DNA from: Spironucleus salmonicida
Taxonomy: Eukaryota
Reading direction: 5' to 3'
Assembly (NCBI RefSeq): GCF_000497125.1
Contig: NC_090597.1
Location: 1,065,797 to 1,129,796 of the forward strand
Length of the DNA stretch: 64,000 nucleotides
Part shown: piece by piece, positions 28,701 to 40,449 of the stretch
Layout: the number at the start of each line of letters is the position of its first letter
How positions within the stretch are numbered: the first letter of the stretch is position 1
The notes under the pieces: generated by a model
Database searches by the model: none
What the model was told of the DNA's origin: nothing
The model's input: the letters and a program-made list of their open reading frames with translations, nothing else
Made by a program: the position numbers and the translations under genes

Positions 28701-30654
28701 TATTTTGTATAATTAATAATTCAAAGGATCAAGATACAACATTGATAGAGTGTTCACGACTGATAATAAGAAATATGGTCTTGAGTTAGATGGTACCTTT
28801 TATAATGGATTAAAAGAACTAAGTTGCAAAGATGAATACCATATATTATAACAATAAAGATTAGAAGCTTATAATAATAATAATTAATATTTAAATAGTA
28901 AGATGGAAGCCAACAGCTTTGAATAAATATTTCATGTAACTGACAAGCAGTGTATACAATTCGAAAAAGATAACAATATAAAGATAGAAGTACCTAAACG
29001 TTTTGACATAACCAACAGATCAATCTTGACTGAAGGAAGAGCATAGTGCTTTACAGATCACATGAAAATAAACAAGAAGAAATTTAAGATGTATGGAATT
29101 GATTTCACATCACTGCATCCATCTGCAATGGTATTTTGAAACTTGTCATTAAGAGATTTGGTTATTTAAACGCATTACGGGAACACTGTTTATGATTCAA
29201 AGATACACGATAAGTATAATATTAATTAAATCAAATTTAAAATAGATTATAAGTATATTGGTTAATTAAAGTTGTATGTTAAATAGATTCCAAGAATCAT
29301 TAACGCTGAAACAAGACTGTAGTACTTCTTATAAGGATGTGATAAACATAAAAGATTGATCTAAATCAAATATTAAATGCTTCCTCCATAATTATTAAAA
29401 TACCCATTTTTAGGAACTAATATTTGCGGTAAGTTACTATATCCACTTTCTAGTACATGTTCAGGATAGAAATGTTTAGATGCAAACAATCATACACGTT
29501 GCAACCACAATGAAGATGAAATAATACATAAAGGATTCTGGCATGAAACTGAATTGATAAATGCTTTATACGAAGGATATAAGTTCGGAGACATATACGA
29601 GACACATACTTACTAAATATCAAGTTTTAATGATAACGAATATTAAGGAGGAGATTTCATTAATTCATAGATGTTCAACTAGACACTGAACTCAGATGAA
29701 GATGATTATAAGGATGAAACTGTACTAAAACAATTAGCAAATGATTGTGACTTTGATTATATTTATAAAGATGGTATAGCATCAATCAAATAAAAAAGAT
29801 GAATTTGAATATAGATAAATCAAACTAAATTAAGGAGTAAAAATTTTTTATAAGTTGTTATTAAATGCAACGTATGGTAAGATAGGTCAGAATGTTGTAA
29901 GACCAACTGAGTCATTTGCCAAAGGTGAATTCCTTTTCGGCATGCATGATGAAGAGTTACATAGGGATTATAAAATTGTATTTATTAGATAAGGTATGAG
30001 TAAGAATATTTATACATACGAAGAAGAATTATAATAGACATAAAGAACTTAAGCAAATGCATCCTTAGCAGGAACGACAACAGCAGTAGCAAGAACTATG
30101 CTTAACACATTAATAAGATATGTAAATGATGAACTAAAAGGAGTTGTTTTATATGCTGATACAGATTAAGTTTATTGTGTTTTGGATAGATCAAAGTTCC
30201 TAAACCTAACTTCAGTAACCTTCAAGAATACATACTCTTGCAAATGCGAATAGAAGCTTGGTCCAAATGAATGGGTTTGTATAGGAGCAAAGCCATATGC
30301 ATACACAGACCGAGTTAGATATGCATATACATCAAATGGTATCACATTAGATAAAACAGGTATTATTGAAGCAGATGAAGGGAAGCTTGCTCATGTATTC
30401 GATATTTATAAATCAATATTATTTGATTAAATATAATTTAATGAGGATGATATTATTTAAATGAAAGACTCAAACACTGAGACAAAAGTGAAACAGGAGT
30501 TAAACTTTATAAGAAATAATAAAATATATAACATATATACTCATACAAGATATAAAGTAATTAGATAATAGTAATAAAAGAGGCTTTTGACTTTAGTTCA
30601 AGACCTGATTAAATATCAACATTGCCTTTTGGATATGATAAAGTATAAGCGTGA
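25793..30654 (+). pseudogene. Protein-primed family B DNA polymerase polyprotein (Polinton type), disrupted
   Basis: Motifs in order: WDIES (ExoI, 27752), HNAAAYD (ExoII, 28019), FKDSF, DFTSLHPSAM (motif A, 29101), KLLLNATYGK (motif B, ~29852), YADTDQ (motif C, 30152), GAKPY, C-terminal TLPFGY. Contains several frameshifts and in-frame TGA (e.g. 29137). Confidence 0.92.
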
Positions 30655-30732
30655 TTCATGTAATCCATTTTGGATTCCGATTCACTTTAGCGAATTACTT
30701 TAGTCGCTCATTTTTTGTATTAATAAAACAGC

Positions 30733-31801
30733 ATGGAAAGCAAAGCTTCCCGGACGCCTTCAGCGCTCATGGAGTACAATATCCAATCAGACGAAATTAA
30801 ATTTTTGAAATTAAAAAAAATGAAATAATGAGTTACGGTTATGGTTATTTTGGACTGATGGGTTCAGCATGAACAGGAAAAACGTATTCAATGAATAAAA
30901 TAAATTAAGCATATTAAGATTAAAGTAAACTATCAAAGTATAATTTAGATGATGCTCATTTAAATAATGGAGCTATAACTCATACGTTCTTCTGAAGTCC
31001 AACTATAGATTGTGATTAAACTTATTAAAAATCAAAAGGCAAAGACAATAGAATTAATATACCATTTGTTGATTTGAATGGAATAAATTCAAAATAAAAG
31101 CTATTAATGTTATGCTAAGAATTATAGAAAATGAAAACCATTACAAATCTATCACTGATAATACAAGAATAAATACTAACTACTTTAAAAGATAAAGAAA
31201 TTAAAAAATGGAGATCAAAAATATTCTTTCAAGTTTTCAAAAACATACTTTCACAATTCGAGTGGGTAAAGCAATAGTAGTAAGAATGTTTAGTTTTATA
31301 TAAAGACTGTTTAGGTGATGATGTGGATTAGTATATGTAGTTGCTGTATGAATAAATTGGATTGCGTTATAATAAATATTGGATACGAAGATAAAAATAG
31401 TTTTATTCTTAGATGACATGAGCGGGAGTTCAGTATTTCAAACTACAACTGAATCTAATTTCTATAAACTAATTATTTAAAGAATACATCTTGGGATTTG
31501 GGCGACCATTTAATGTTTACATTCTATTAAGATACTGTATGGATCTTTTAGATAGTTGTTTACAGCTTTCTTGTTAATGAAAGGTCTCAAGGAAGAACAT
31601 CTAAAAGATATCTTTGAGGACATTAGAAGGATAAGAAGTTAAGAATTTAAATCAAAATAGTTTATTGAATTGTATAATAGAACCATTGGCTATTTTGGAA
31701 ACGACTATTCGAAGAGAGGACAGTTCAAATATAGTTTTTTATATATAATTATTTAACCAGACCCAATGATCTTTATAAACTTTGATAAGCAAGTTAAGTG
31801 A
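30733..31801 (+). pseudogene. A32/FtsK-HerA-like DNA packaging ATPase, disrupted
   Basis: Walker A GSA*TGKT (TGA at 30870, likely from GGA). Walker B IVLFLDD (~31400). RIHLGIWATIQ resembles the RHxxx...Q arginine-finger motif. C-terminal FLYIIIQPDPMIFINFD. Confidence 0.8.
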
Positions 31802-31861
31802 GTATCTGTTAATTTTTATCTACATTTAAATGATAGTACCTTCATTTTTTTAACCAAAGAA

Positions 31862-32269
31862 ATGGTAAAGTTCATAAATATAAAACTACTGATTGAAGAA
31901 AACAAAAGAGACGATCTCGCATTCATCGAAGTAATAGTAAACAATGAACCCATAAAAATAACTAAGGAAACTAGTACTAAGCAGAAATTTGAAAGTAATA
32001 AAGTATATAACAAAGTTGAATAAATAAGATTGCTTAATAAAGATAAACAAGTAATAGCTGTGTTACCTTAAGAACTTGCACAATAGAACTATTATCATAC
32101 TCCTGATGTCCTTAGCACTAAGCAAGCCTATAGCAAGTATATAATAATTAACAAGATTGAAACATGTCATTTTGGTACATACTATAAACAAATCTAATAT
32201 TTATTAGATGAAAAACAATTGAAAACTATTTAAGCTATTGAGCCAGCTTCAAGAGAACTATATTTCTGA
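31862..32269 (+). CDS. Element-encoded hypothetical protein (135 aa)
   Basis: Intact code-6 ORF MVKFINIKLLIEE...SRELYF* inside the element. Confidence 0.6.
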
Positions 32270-32386
32270 TCCAAAAGGATTTAAGCAAAAAAAAATAAAA
32301 ACCAAATAACTATGGTCGCCTTTGGGCTTCCACTTCTTAAAGATCATAACGTATATTTTAAAGAAACCTTTTTTTAATAAACAAAA

Positions 32387-32944
32387 ATGGATCGATAAGC
32401 AATAGTTAAAGATCAAGAAGCAAAACCAACTTACAAAGAAGCGATATAGGTTCTGTAAAAGTAAGATAGCTTAGAAGACTATTCAAAAGAGGTTATCAAG
32501 TATATTGAAGTACTTCCAAAAAGTTCTGATGTTGAACCTCCAGGTAAAGTAAACTTCAGCCAAGCTAATTATAATAACATGCAATCGTCATTATTGAAGT
32601 TTGAAGAGGATAGTTACAATGCTAAGTTTGGATACTATAATAAAATACTAATAGCAAGATACATTTCCTTAGAACTAACACACAGACTGTTGTATGATAT
32701 GGTTGAATAAGTTGTAGCGTTGTCAGGGTATTGTTTTAAAGGCAAGAAATAGGATGACATTAGACTGTACAACACGATGATTATTTTAGATACAATTTTG
32801 TAAGAAAACTAATCAACTTCATCTAAACTATGTAAGATTTATTTATAAGAATTAATTAATAAACTTTTGAAAAACAATAAACGAAAAGATCTTATTAAGT
32901 TAGTTCAGAATCTATTTTAGATAGTAACTAAAATGTTTACGTGA
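32387..32944 (+). CDS. Element-encoded hypothetical protein (3' end uncertain, possibly frameshifted)
   Basis: MDRQAIVKDQEAKPTYKEAI... preceded by the same T-run/TAATAAA motif as the other element genes. Confidence 0.5.
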
Positions 32945-32972
32945 TGTGGAATCTGAAACTGTTTTTAAAACT

Positions 32973-34836
32973 TTTTTTTAAGTTTAAGAGTTGATCACTA
33001 TTTTTCAAAACTTAAGAGAGACCAATTCTACTTTTGATTCTATGGGATAGAACTGGCAGTATTATATAATACTTACTAAAGGTATAAATCTTGGGAAAGT
33101 TATTTTTAAAACATTCAAGCCTTTTACGGGAGCAACACGGCTCTAAAAGGATTGTATATTTTGAAAATGACTTTAACAAGTCTTTGCTTTTAGTACGTAT
33201 TGCATACTACTAATAATATTAGATACTTAACAAGCTATTTAATTTGATTTATGAAGAATTATATTTATAAACTCATTTCTGTAGATGTTCATTAAAAATA
33301 TATATGAAGAATTGCACGAAGAGTATAGAATAATAAGTGTTATATTAAACGTAGAACTGTTTTGCAATCTGTCATTCAGTTAATGCACAAACCGGAAGAG
33401 TGTAAGGTAAAATAATTCCTAAATTCAAAATAACTACTAAGAAAGTACAAGCAGAAACAGGTTTAACCTACCATCCATTAAACTAATAGGAAACATAGAA
33501 TCGCTTAGAAAGAATACTTAGTAACTGCTTTTATAAATCAGCTATAATTTATATTAATTTATAAGAGTAAACTTAACTTTATTAGACTGCTTCTAGTACT
33601 ATTAGCTTTTCTATCCGGGAATGCTACATTGTTAATTTTATAAAATATTACGATTCGACGACCCTCTTTTACTAAAGTGGCACAGTTAGCGAAACATTAC
33701 TAGCTAGAATTTAAGCGAACGATCATGGCGTTAACTTAAATAATGAGAAGTTTGTATTACACTGTTCAAAAGTTGTAAAACTTCTAATTAACTTAATCTT
33801 GACAGGTTACCCACAAGACAGCCTTTTATAACAACTATTATGGACTTCTTACTTGAATATGGCAAAGAGTTTAGTCCTAATAAAGACAGTATAGAATAAT
33901 AATAAAAATACCTAGAGGAAAACAATTATGAAGCTATTCGAAAGGAGATGGCGAATTATTATAAATACTTTGGAGGAATTAGACGTTCTTAAAAAGTAAA
34001 AATAATAGGAGTAAGTATTGCATGAGCGTAGAGTATAAAATTTAGTTAATATATTATAAAGCTAGGAGGAGGAATACTAAATAATTTTATACACAAAAGA
34101 AATGCTCAGCAAATTATGGGTTACACATGTAATAGTAAAACATCATAAGAATTCTTATGTGTAATATTAAGTATCAGTAGGATTCGATAAGAAAGGTATT
34201 ATTTATAAATAAGATCCTTACATTGCTAAAGTATTAGAAGACAGCAAATGCTTAACAAGAGATAACGTTATATAAGAAAGAAGGGGTAATACATCATATT
34301 ATTTTAGAAAAGATCTTGCATCGATTTGTAATTCATTTTTTAAGTCCTGGTGGGAAGTATAAAGTTAAATATATTGTAATAGTTACTGAGAAAGCAGATC
34401 TTAAGCATGTTTAAGAATAGGAAAGGAATTCAACAATAGTTACACATAGGAAGTAAATTAAACAAGAGTATGGTTTAATATAAGTACTAGATAAAGTATA
34501 ATATTAATATTACTAAGATACTGCAGACTCATTAAAAATAAACAACACAATTATTATAACCGGTTTATAAATACATAGACGAGGATCAATTAATTATTAT
34601 ATTATAAATGGTAAAATGAGAGCGTAACCATAATTGAAGTAGTTAATCGAACAGTTCCACATTTTATAAGATAATACTAGTAGTAAATACTACAGAGTAA
34701 AAGTGTGCCTCTTGTCAACTTCAGTTTCAAAACATTCAAATCCTTTTAATGTACGCGCTGCTACCATAATCATGACTTCCCTTTTGTAAAATTGGAGATG
34801 ACGAAATCATACTTTATCTACGGGTCACTTACTACT
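32973..34836 (-). repeat. Right terminal inverted repeat of element A
   Basis: Ends ...ATCTACGGGTCACTTACTACT. Inverted copy of 23805-25668. Confidence 0.95.
32995..34389 (+). CDS. TIR-encoded reading frame, possible divergent DDE integrase (right copy)
   Basis: 465-codon TGA-free frame, first ATG at 33304. THF...CFAIC could be a degenerate Zn finger. IQANDHGVNLNNEKF resembles SDNGxEF. FERRWRII is a candidate catalytic E. FDKKG lies near the C-terminus. Confidence 0.4.
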
Positions 34837-35966
34837 GTAGTATATCTTTGTGAAAATTAATTAATTCATATTTACGTTTATGTTTTCCTATTATCCTATC
34901 GACGGGTTATCTGTATGAATTGTGAACGATTTATTTTTATCAAATTCAAGGATAAACTATTGTACTGCTTCAATGTGTAGTAACCTCATTTAGTTAATCA
35001 TAAAATTGGCATTGATTCTTTCATCAAAATTAACGATAAGTATATTAAATGCATCATAATTTATTTATAACTATTTAATATTAACTGTCGATTACTATTA
35101 TTTAATTTTGGTAATTATATTTTGTAATTATTTAATTCTGTCTTCGGAAATGGATCCTTAAACCCTATCATTCATATTTTTAATTATTTATTTAAATTAC
35201 TCTATTTATGCTACTAGTAAATTAAATTATTTATCACGCCATTCTTTTGAAATAACATGTTAATTAAATTTATAATTATTGTTTAGTATTTTTAGATTTG
35301 CGTTATTTATTTCGTTTTATAAAATATTCATATGTTTGAATGATCTTTCGAATTCCTTGTATTTATCCAAATTAATATTATTGATGTGTTATTCTGTTTA
35401 AATCGATTTGATTTAGTTGATTTATTATTTTAATTTTTTAACTTGATAGATTGATAAATCATCTTTTGCTATTCTATTTATTTTTAATTCAGAATTTCAG
35501 GATGATAAAGTTATAATTTATATTGTTTTTACTTCATATTTGAAAAATGTTGGATCTAAAGAGTTATCTTTACTGCATTTATATTTTCTGTTAAGATCTT
35601 GTCGTAATTTAATCCCATTTTTTCATATATTAAACAAATATCTTTTTTGAATTCAATTTATTGGGGATTATATCCTTTCCATTTTTGGGGATAATTGAAA
35701 TAAATTATGTGTATTTATATTCTATTTTTGGAATTTTTGTTTTTTTAAATTTTTATATTCTATTTTGATGATTTTATTTGGTAAAACTAATCTGGAATTC
35801 AACTGAAAAATCCTGCACCGGGGCGGCCCATCCATACCCTCGATATCTTTAGAAATTGGGGCGAGGAGCGGACCATTTGATTGAGCACTGGTTTTTTACT
35901 GATTTGATTTTTTTTGAAATTTTGATTTCTCAATACTGTAGAAATCTACGGGCGGAAGGGACTACT
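34837..35966 (-). mobile_element. Truncated Polinton-like element of a second family (element B): one terminus plus the 5' part of the pPolB ORF
   Basis: Minus-strand terminus AGTAGTCCCTTCCGCCCGTAGAT. The ORF from 35618 aligns with the element A pPolB N-terminus (NDRVQG; FDERINANF...EFDKN...IFTKI versus FAERINGEF...EFDRN...IFTKI). Confidence 0.8.
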
Positions 35967-36226
35967 AACTATGGTTGTTCTTCCCCAATTTTACTTACCT
36001 GATGGCAATATATCATAGATTATTTTGCAAAAAAAATGACAGATATTAACTTTTATATTATCCTATAAATTATATTTTCCGCCATTATACAAGTTTTATA
36101 CAAATTGATTAATATATATTCTGAATCCATATAATTATATATTTTTATTTATATTGTAAAAGAAACTAAATACTTTATTCTATGCTTCAGTATTCATTAT
36201 TATCAGTTTACTCTACTTCTATAAAA

Positions 36227-39172
36227 ATGTCGAACTCGTGTACTGCTGAAGATTTAACAACCTGTGACGCAAAATTCTTCTGTCTTGTCGCGGTTAGTGA
36301 TGGTTCAGATACGACCTATACTTGTACTGCCTGCGCTTCCCCATGCGAAAATTGTGAAACTGCTGCTACCACCTGCACAAGCTGCATCAGTGGTTTCAAG
36401 GAGCCAGTTAATAACGTATGCACAGAGTGCAAAGATGCATTTTTCCCTTCAGGTGAAACTCCTCCTACCACTTGCACCGCCTGCGACGCGAAATGCGCAA
36501 CCTGCACAGGAAGTGCGGACAGCGCCTGCTAAACCTGCACAAACGGTAATTCTTTAACTGCCACTACCTGTTCCGCCTGCGTTTCAGGAGAAACCATGAA
36601 TTGCACCTGTGGCTCCGCTACTAACTGCTCGATGTGCGCAACTGATATGACAAAATGCGCCGTCTGCGCGAATGGCAATTTCATTTCTGATAATGTCTGC
36701 ACGGCATGTTAAGATAATTAACTGATTGCTTGCGCGTGCGGTACCGCAGTCAACTGCGCAACCTGCGCTACTGATAACATGAAATCTTGCGCCACCTGCA
36801 ACGGTAACTATGACTTTTCTGCAGATACTCCTTGCTCGAAATGCAAGGCCAAGTTCTTCGAGAGCGGTATAGAAGGAGCTAAAACCTGCGAAGCCTGCGA
36901 CGCGAATTGCGAAAATTGTGAGATTTCTGCGACCGCCTGCACGAGCTGCCCAGCAGGTTCTGGGATCAAAGACTAAAAATGCGAAAAGTGCTCTGCGAAC
37001 TGCGTGGAATGTGGTGCGGACTCTGATGTCTGCACATAGTGTGATAATAGCTCAGCTCTAAACGGAAACGCGTGCATCAAAAACTGCTCTACCAATGCCG
37101 ACTGCAGCTCCAGCCAAATATGCGACACCACCTGCAAGGACTGCACCAGCAACTGCGCAACGTGCGAGGGGGCCGTCACAACCTGCAAAACCTGCCTCCC
37201 TGAATTCGGAATCAAAGACTTGAACACCTGCGTAGCTTGCACTGAAAACTGCGCAGCTTGCGCAATGGACTCAACGGTGTGCACAGAATGCAAAGATGGT
37301 CATATCTTGGGCGAAAACACCTGTACTACCTGCATTTCAGGAGATACCAGTAATTGCACCTGTGGCAGCGCTACTAACTGCTCTACTTGCAATTCTATTG
37401 ATAAGACAAAATGCGGAGTATGCGCTAATGGTAATTTCATGGGTGAGAATATCTGCACGAGATGCTAAGATAATCAACCCACCCCTTGCGTATGTGGTAC
37501 TGCAGTTAACTGCGCAACCTGCGCCGATGATATGGCATCCTGCGCTACCTGTAACGGTGAATATGATTTTCATACTGTTCCTCCTTGCTCAGAATGCAAT
37601 ACAGGGTATTTTAAGAACTCTGATACCCCAAAAACCTGCACAAAATGCGACGCGAAATGCGCAACCTGCACAGGAAGTGCGGACAGCGCCTGCTAAACCT
37701 GCACAAACGGTAATTCTTTAACTGCCACTACCTGTTCCGCCTGCGTTTCAGGAGAAACCATGAATTGCACCTGTGGCTCCGCTACTAACTGCTCGATGTG
37801 CGCAACTGATATGACAAAATGCGCCGTCTGCGCGAATGGCAATTTCATTTCTGATAATGTCTGCACGGCATGTTAAGATAATTAACTGATTGCTTGCGCG
37901 TGCGGTACCGCAGTCAACTGCGCAACCTGCGCTACTGATAACATGAAATCTTGCGCCACCTGCAACGGTAACTATGACTTTTCTGCAGATACTCCTTGCT
38001 CGAAATGCAAGGCCAAGTTCTTCGAGAGCGGTATAGAAGGAGCTAAAACCTGCGAAGCCTGCGACGCGAATTGCGAAAATTGTGAGATTTCTGCGACCGC
38101 CTGCACGAGCTGCCCAGCAGGTTCTGGGATCAAAGACTAAAAATGCGAAAAGTGCTCTGCGAACTGCGTGGAATGTGGTGCGGACTCTGATGTCTGCACA
38201 TAGTGTGATAATAGCTCAGCTCTAAACGGAAACGCGTGCATCAAAAACTGCTCTACCAATGCCGACTGCAGCTCCAGCCAAATATGCGACACCACCTGCA
38301 AGGACTGCACCAGCAACTGCGCAACGTGCGAGGGGGCCGTCACAACCTGCAAAACCTGCCTCCCTGAATTCGGAATCAAAGACTTGAACACCTGCGTAGC
38401 TTGCACTGAAAACTGCGCAGCTTGCGCAATGGACTCAACGGTATGCACAGAATGCAAAAATGGCAATATCTTGAATACAAATGTTTGTACTGCCTGCACG
38501 GAAAACATGGAAACCCAGTGCAAATGCGGTGAGCTGGTCAACTGCGCCACGTGCGATTCTACCGATGCCAGCAAATGCGGGTCGTGCATTGCCGGTTACA
38601 AGGCTGGTACTGACGGTGCCTGCAATCTTTGCGCCGACGGCTACTTCATGGATGGTTAAAAATGCGTTAAATGCGGCGAAAAATGTTCCAAATGTGAGAA
38701 AGACGCCAACACGTGCACTGAGTGCACTACAACTTATGTAATGAGCATAAATCAGACCTGTGAAGCAAAATGCAACCCCTTAAATGAGAACTAAGCCTGT
38801 GTTGATGGAAAGGCGGTTGATTGCGGTGCTGAAGGCCAAATTACTGGTTGCAAGTGCGGTGCCGCGATAAACTGCTTTGAGTGCGATAAGTCAACGCCAT
38901 AAGCTTGTGGCAGCTGCCTTGTTGCGTACAATTTTGAGAATTCTGTTTGCAGTTCGTGCAAAGACCTAGTTAGTACGCCTATAGGCGAATTTTGTATACT
39001 TTTATAACCTGAAGCCGAAAAATCTAGCAACAAAATCTCTGGAGGTGCCATTGCAGGTATAGTCATCGCAGTTATTGTGGTAGTCGCTGCTATCGGTGGC
39101 GGTGTCTTCTGGTACATGAAAAAGTCCAAAGCTTCGTCTACCTCGAGCAGATCCGATGCTGCTATGCAATGA
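36227..39172 (+). CDS. Cysteine-rich membrane protein (CRMP), 981 aa; paralog of 21350-23128 with internal duplication
   Basis: Intact code-6 ORF. The last ~130 codons are essentially identical to the first copy. Confidence 0.9.
36482..38458 (+). repeat. Intragenic direct repeat, ~810 bp (36482-37294 and 37646-38458, offset 1164)
   Basis: Near-identical sequence. Identical ORF fragments at 36779 and 37943. Confidence 0.9.
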
Positions 39173-40071
39173 TACAATTTAAAAATTCACTATTACTCAC
39201 CCTTGAGTTCAGAGGTTGATCTTAAATTTGCGCAGTTTCAACGGATTAACGGTATTCTAGACCAGCTGAGTATTGCAGAACTGAACATAATTCCTAGTAT
39301 GCTGTATCAAATTAAAGTGCAGATGGAAGTAAAAATTTTAGGAGGTGCAATATATCGAATGACAGATTAGTTATATTCTGCTCTTTTATTGATGGTTGAT
39401 ATTGATCAATTCATGGACAAAATAGTAAATTTAGTGATGGAACTGAGTTACTTGGTATTGTATAAATTGCACAGCGGCAGTTAAGGCTGAAACTGCTTCG
39501 CTAACCGTAGGTCAATTTTAATAAATGATACGCTGCTACTAAATTATGAGCAAATATTCCATATAAATAAGAATAGATTTTTCTAAAATAACTACTATCC
39601 AATTTGATTAATAATTAACGATTAAAATTTTAACTATAAAGCAACAGTTAAGTTTAATATGTATTAACCCCATTTTTCATATATATATACATATTATTTG
39701 TAAACTTACTGAATGTCAAAATACACAGTACAAATTCTTAAAGCCTCTAAGGTATTTTACCATTACTATTTTGAGTAAGCTATATTTTAGAAGTCGAAAC
39801 CAAATTTAAACAAGAATTTGCATAATAATTATAGTGTATAGTTGTTTTATGCAAAACCTTCATTTCACATCCGATTTGTAAAAAAAAGTATAAGTAATGA
39901 TGTTGCAAGAACTAAGTAACATATTTATATATGTATTTTAAAATAACTTATACAATATAAATTAAAATACACAGCAATATTATTAATTACTGATTAGTAG
40001 ACGTATAAACCCTAACAATTCACTTTTATAAATTTAAAGCGTATAGATAGCTTTGATATCTGAAATCTAAA

Positions 40072-40449
40072 TCATTCTATTAAATCTAAATCTGCGAAAA
40101 AATCACAGCGAGTCAGATTAGAATAATATTATTTTAATTATTCGTCAATTATTTTAGATTTTTCATAGTAAAGTTCGTTCTGTATTTCACGTTAATATTC
40201 GTATTTTTTGTCAATTTTTTGCATAAAATGATCTAAAATTTAGTTATCATCGTGCTCTTTTAATCTCTAAGTTTTAATGGGACTCATAATGCTTCCTATA
40301 GGTTGTTTTAGAAGTTCCTTGTAAGTAATAGTTGACTTATGCTATTATCTAGATTTTGGAGAATTTTGCTTGATTTAATAGATATTTAGTGTCTTAATCT
40401 TCATACCCGTGTATTTTAAAATCGGTTATAAAACTATCTCTTTTAACAT
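40072..40449 (-). CDS. Hypothetical protein (125 aa), tandem paralog of 41101-41502
   Basis: KSRQQHKSTITYKELLKQP...DDNQILDHFMQKID aligns with the neighbouring gene. Confidence 0.7.

Larger units (their letters stand above)
23805..34836 (+). mobile_element. Polinton/Maverick-like element, decayed (element A)
   Basis: 1864-bp TIRs with AGTAGT...ACTACT termini. Internal pPolB and A32-like ATPase pseudogenes. The left junction is defined by the empty paralogous site near 39824. Confidence 0.9.

Noticed and set aside
23799-34842. Target-site duplication for element A
   Set aside because: The flanks TGCATA and GTAGTA do not match.
7118-39177. Antisense and off-frame ORFs over the CRMP genes (e.g. 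7118-7522, 22747-23133, 38137-38589)
   Set aside because: They mirror the CXXC coding strand and have no independent support.
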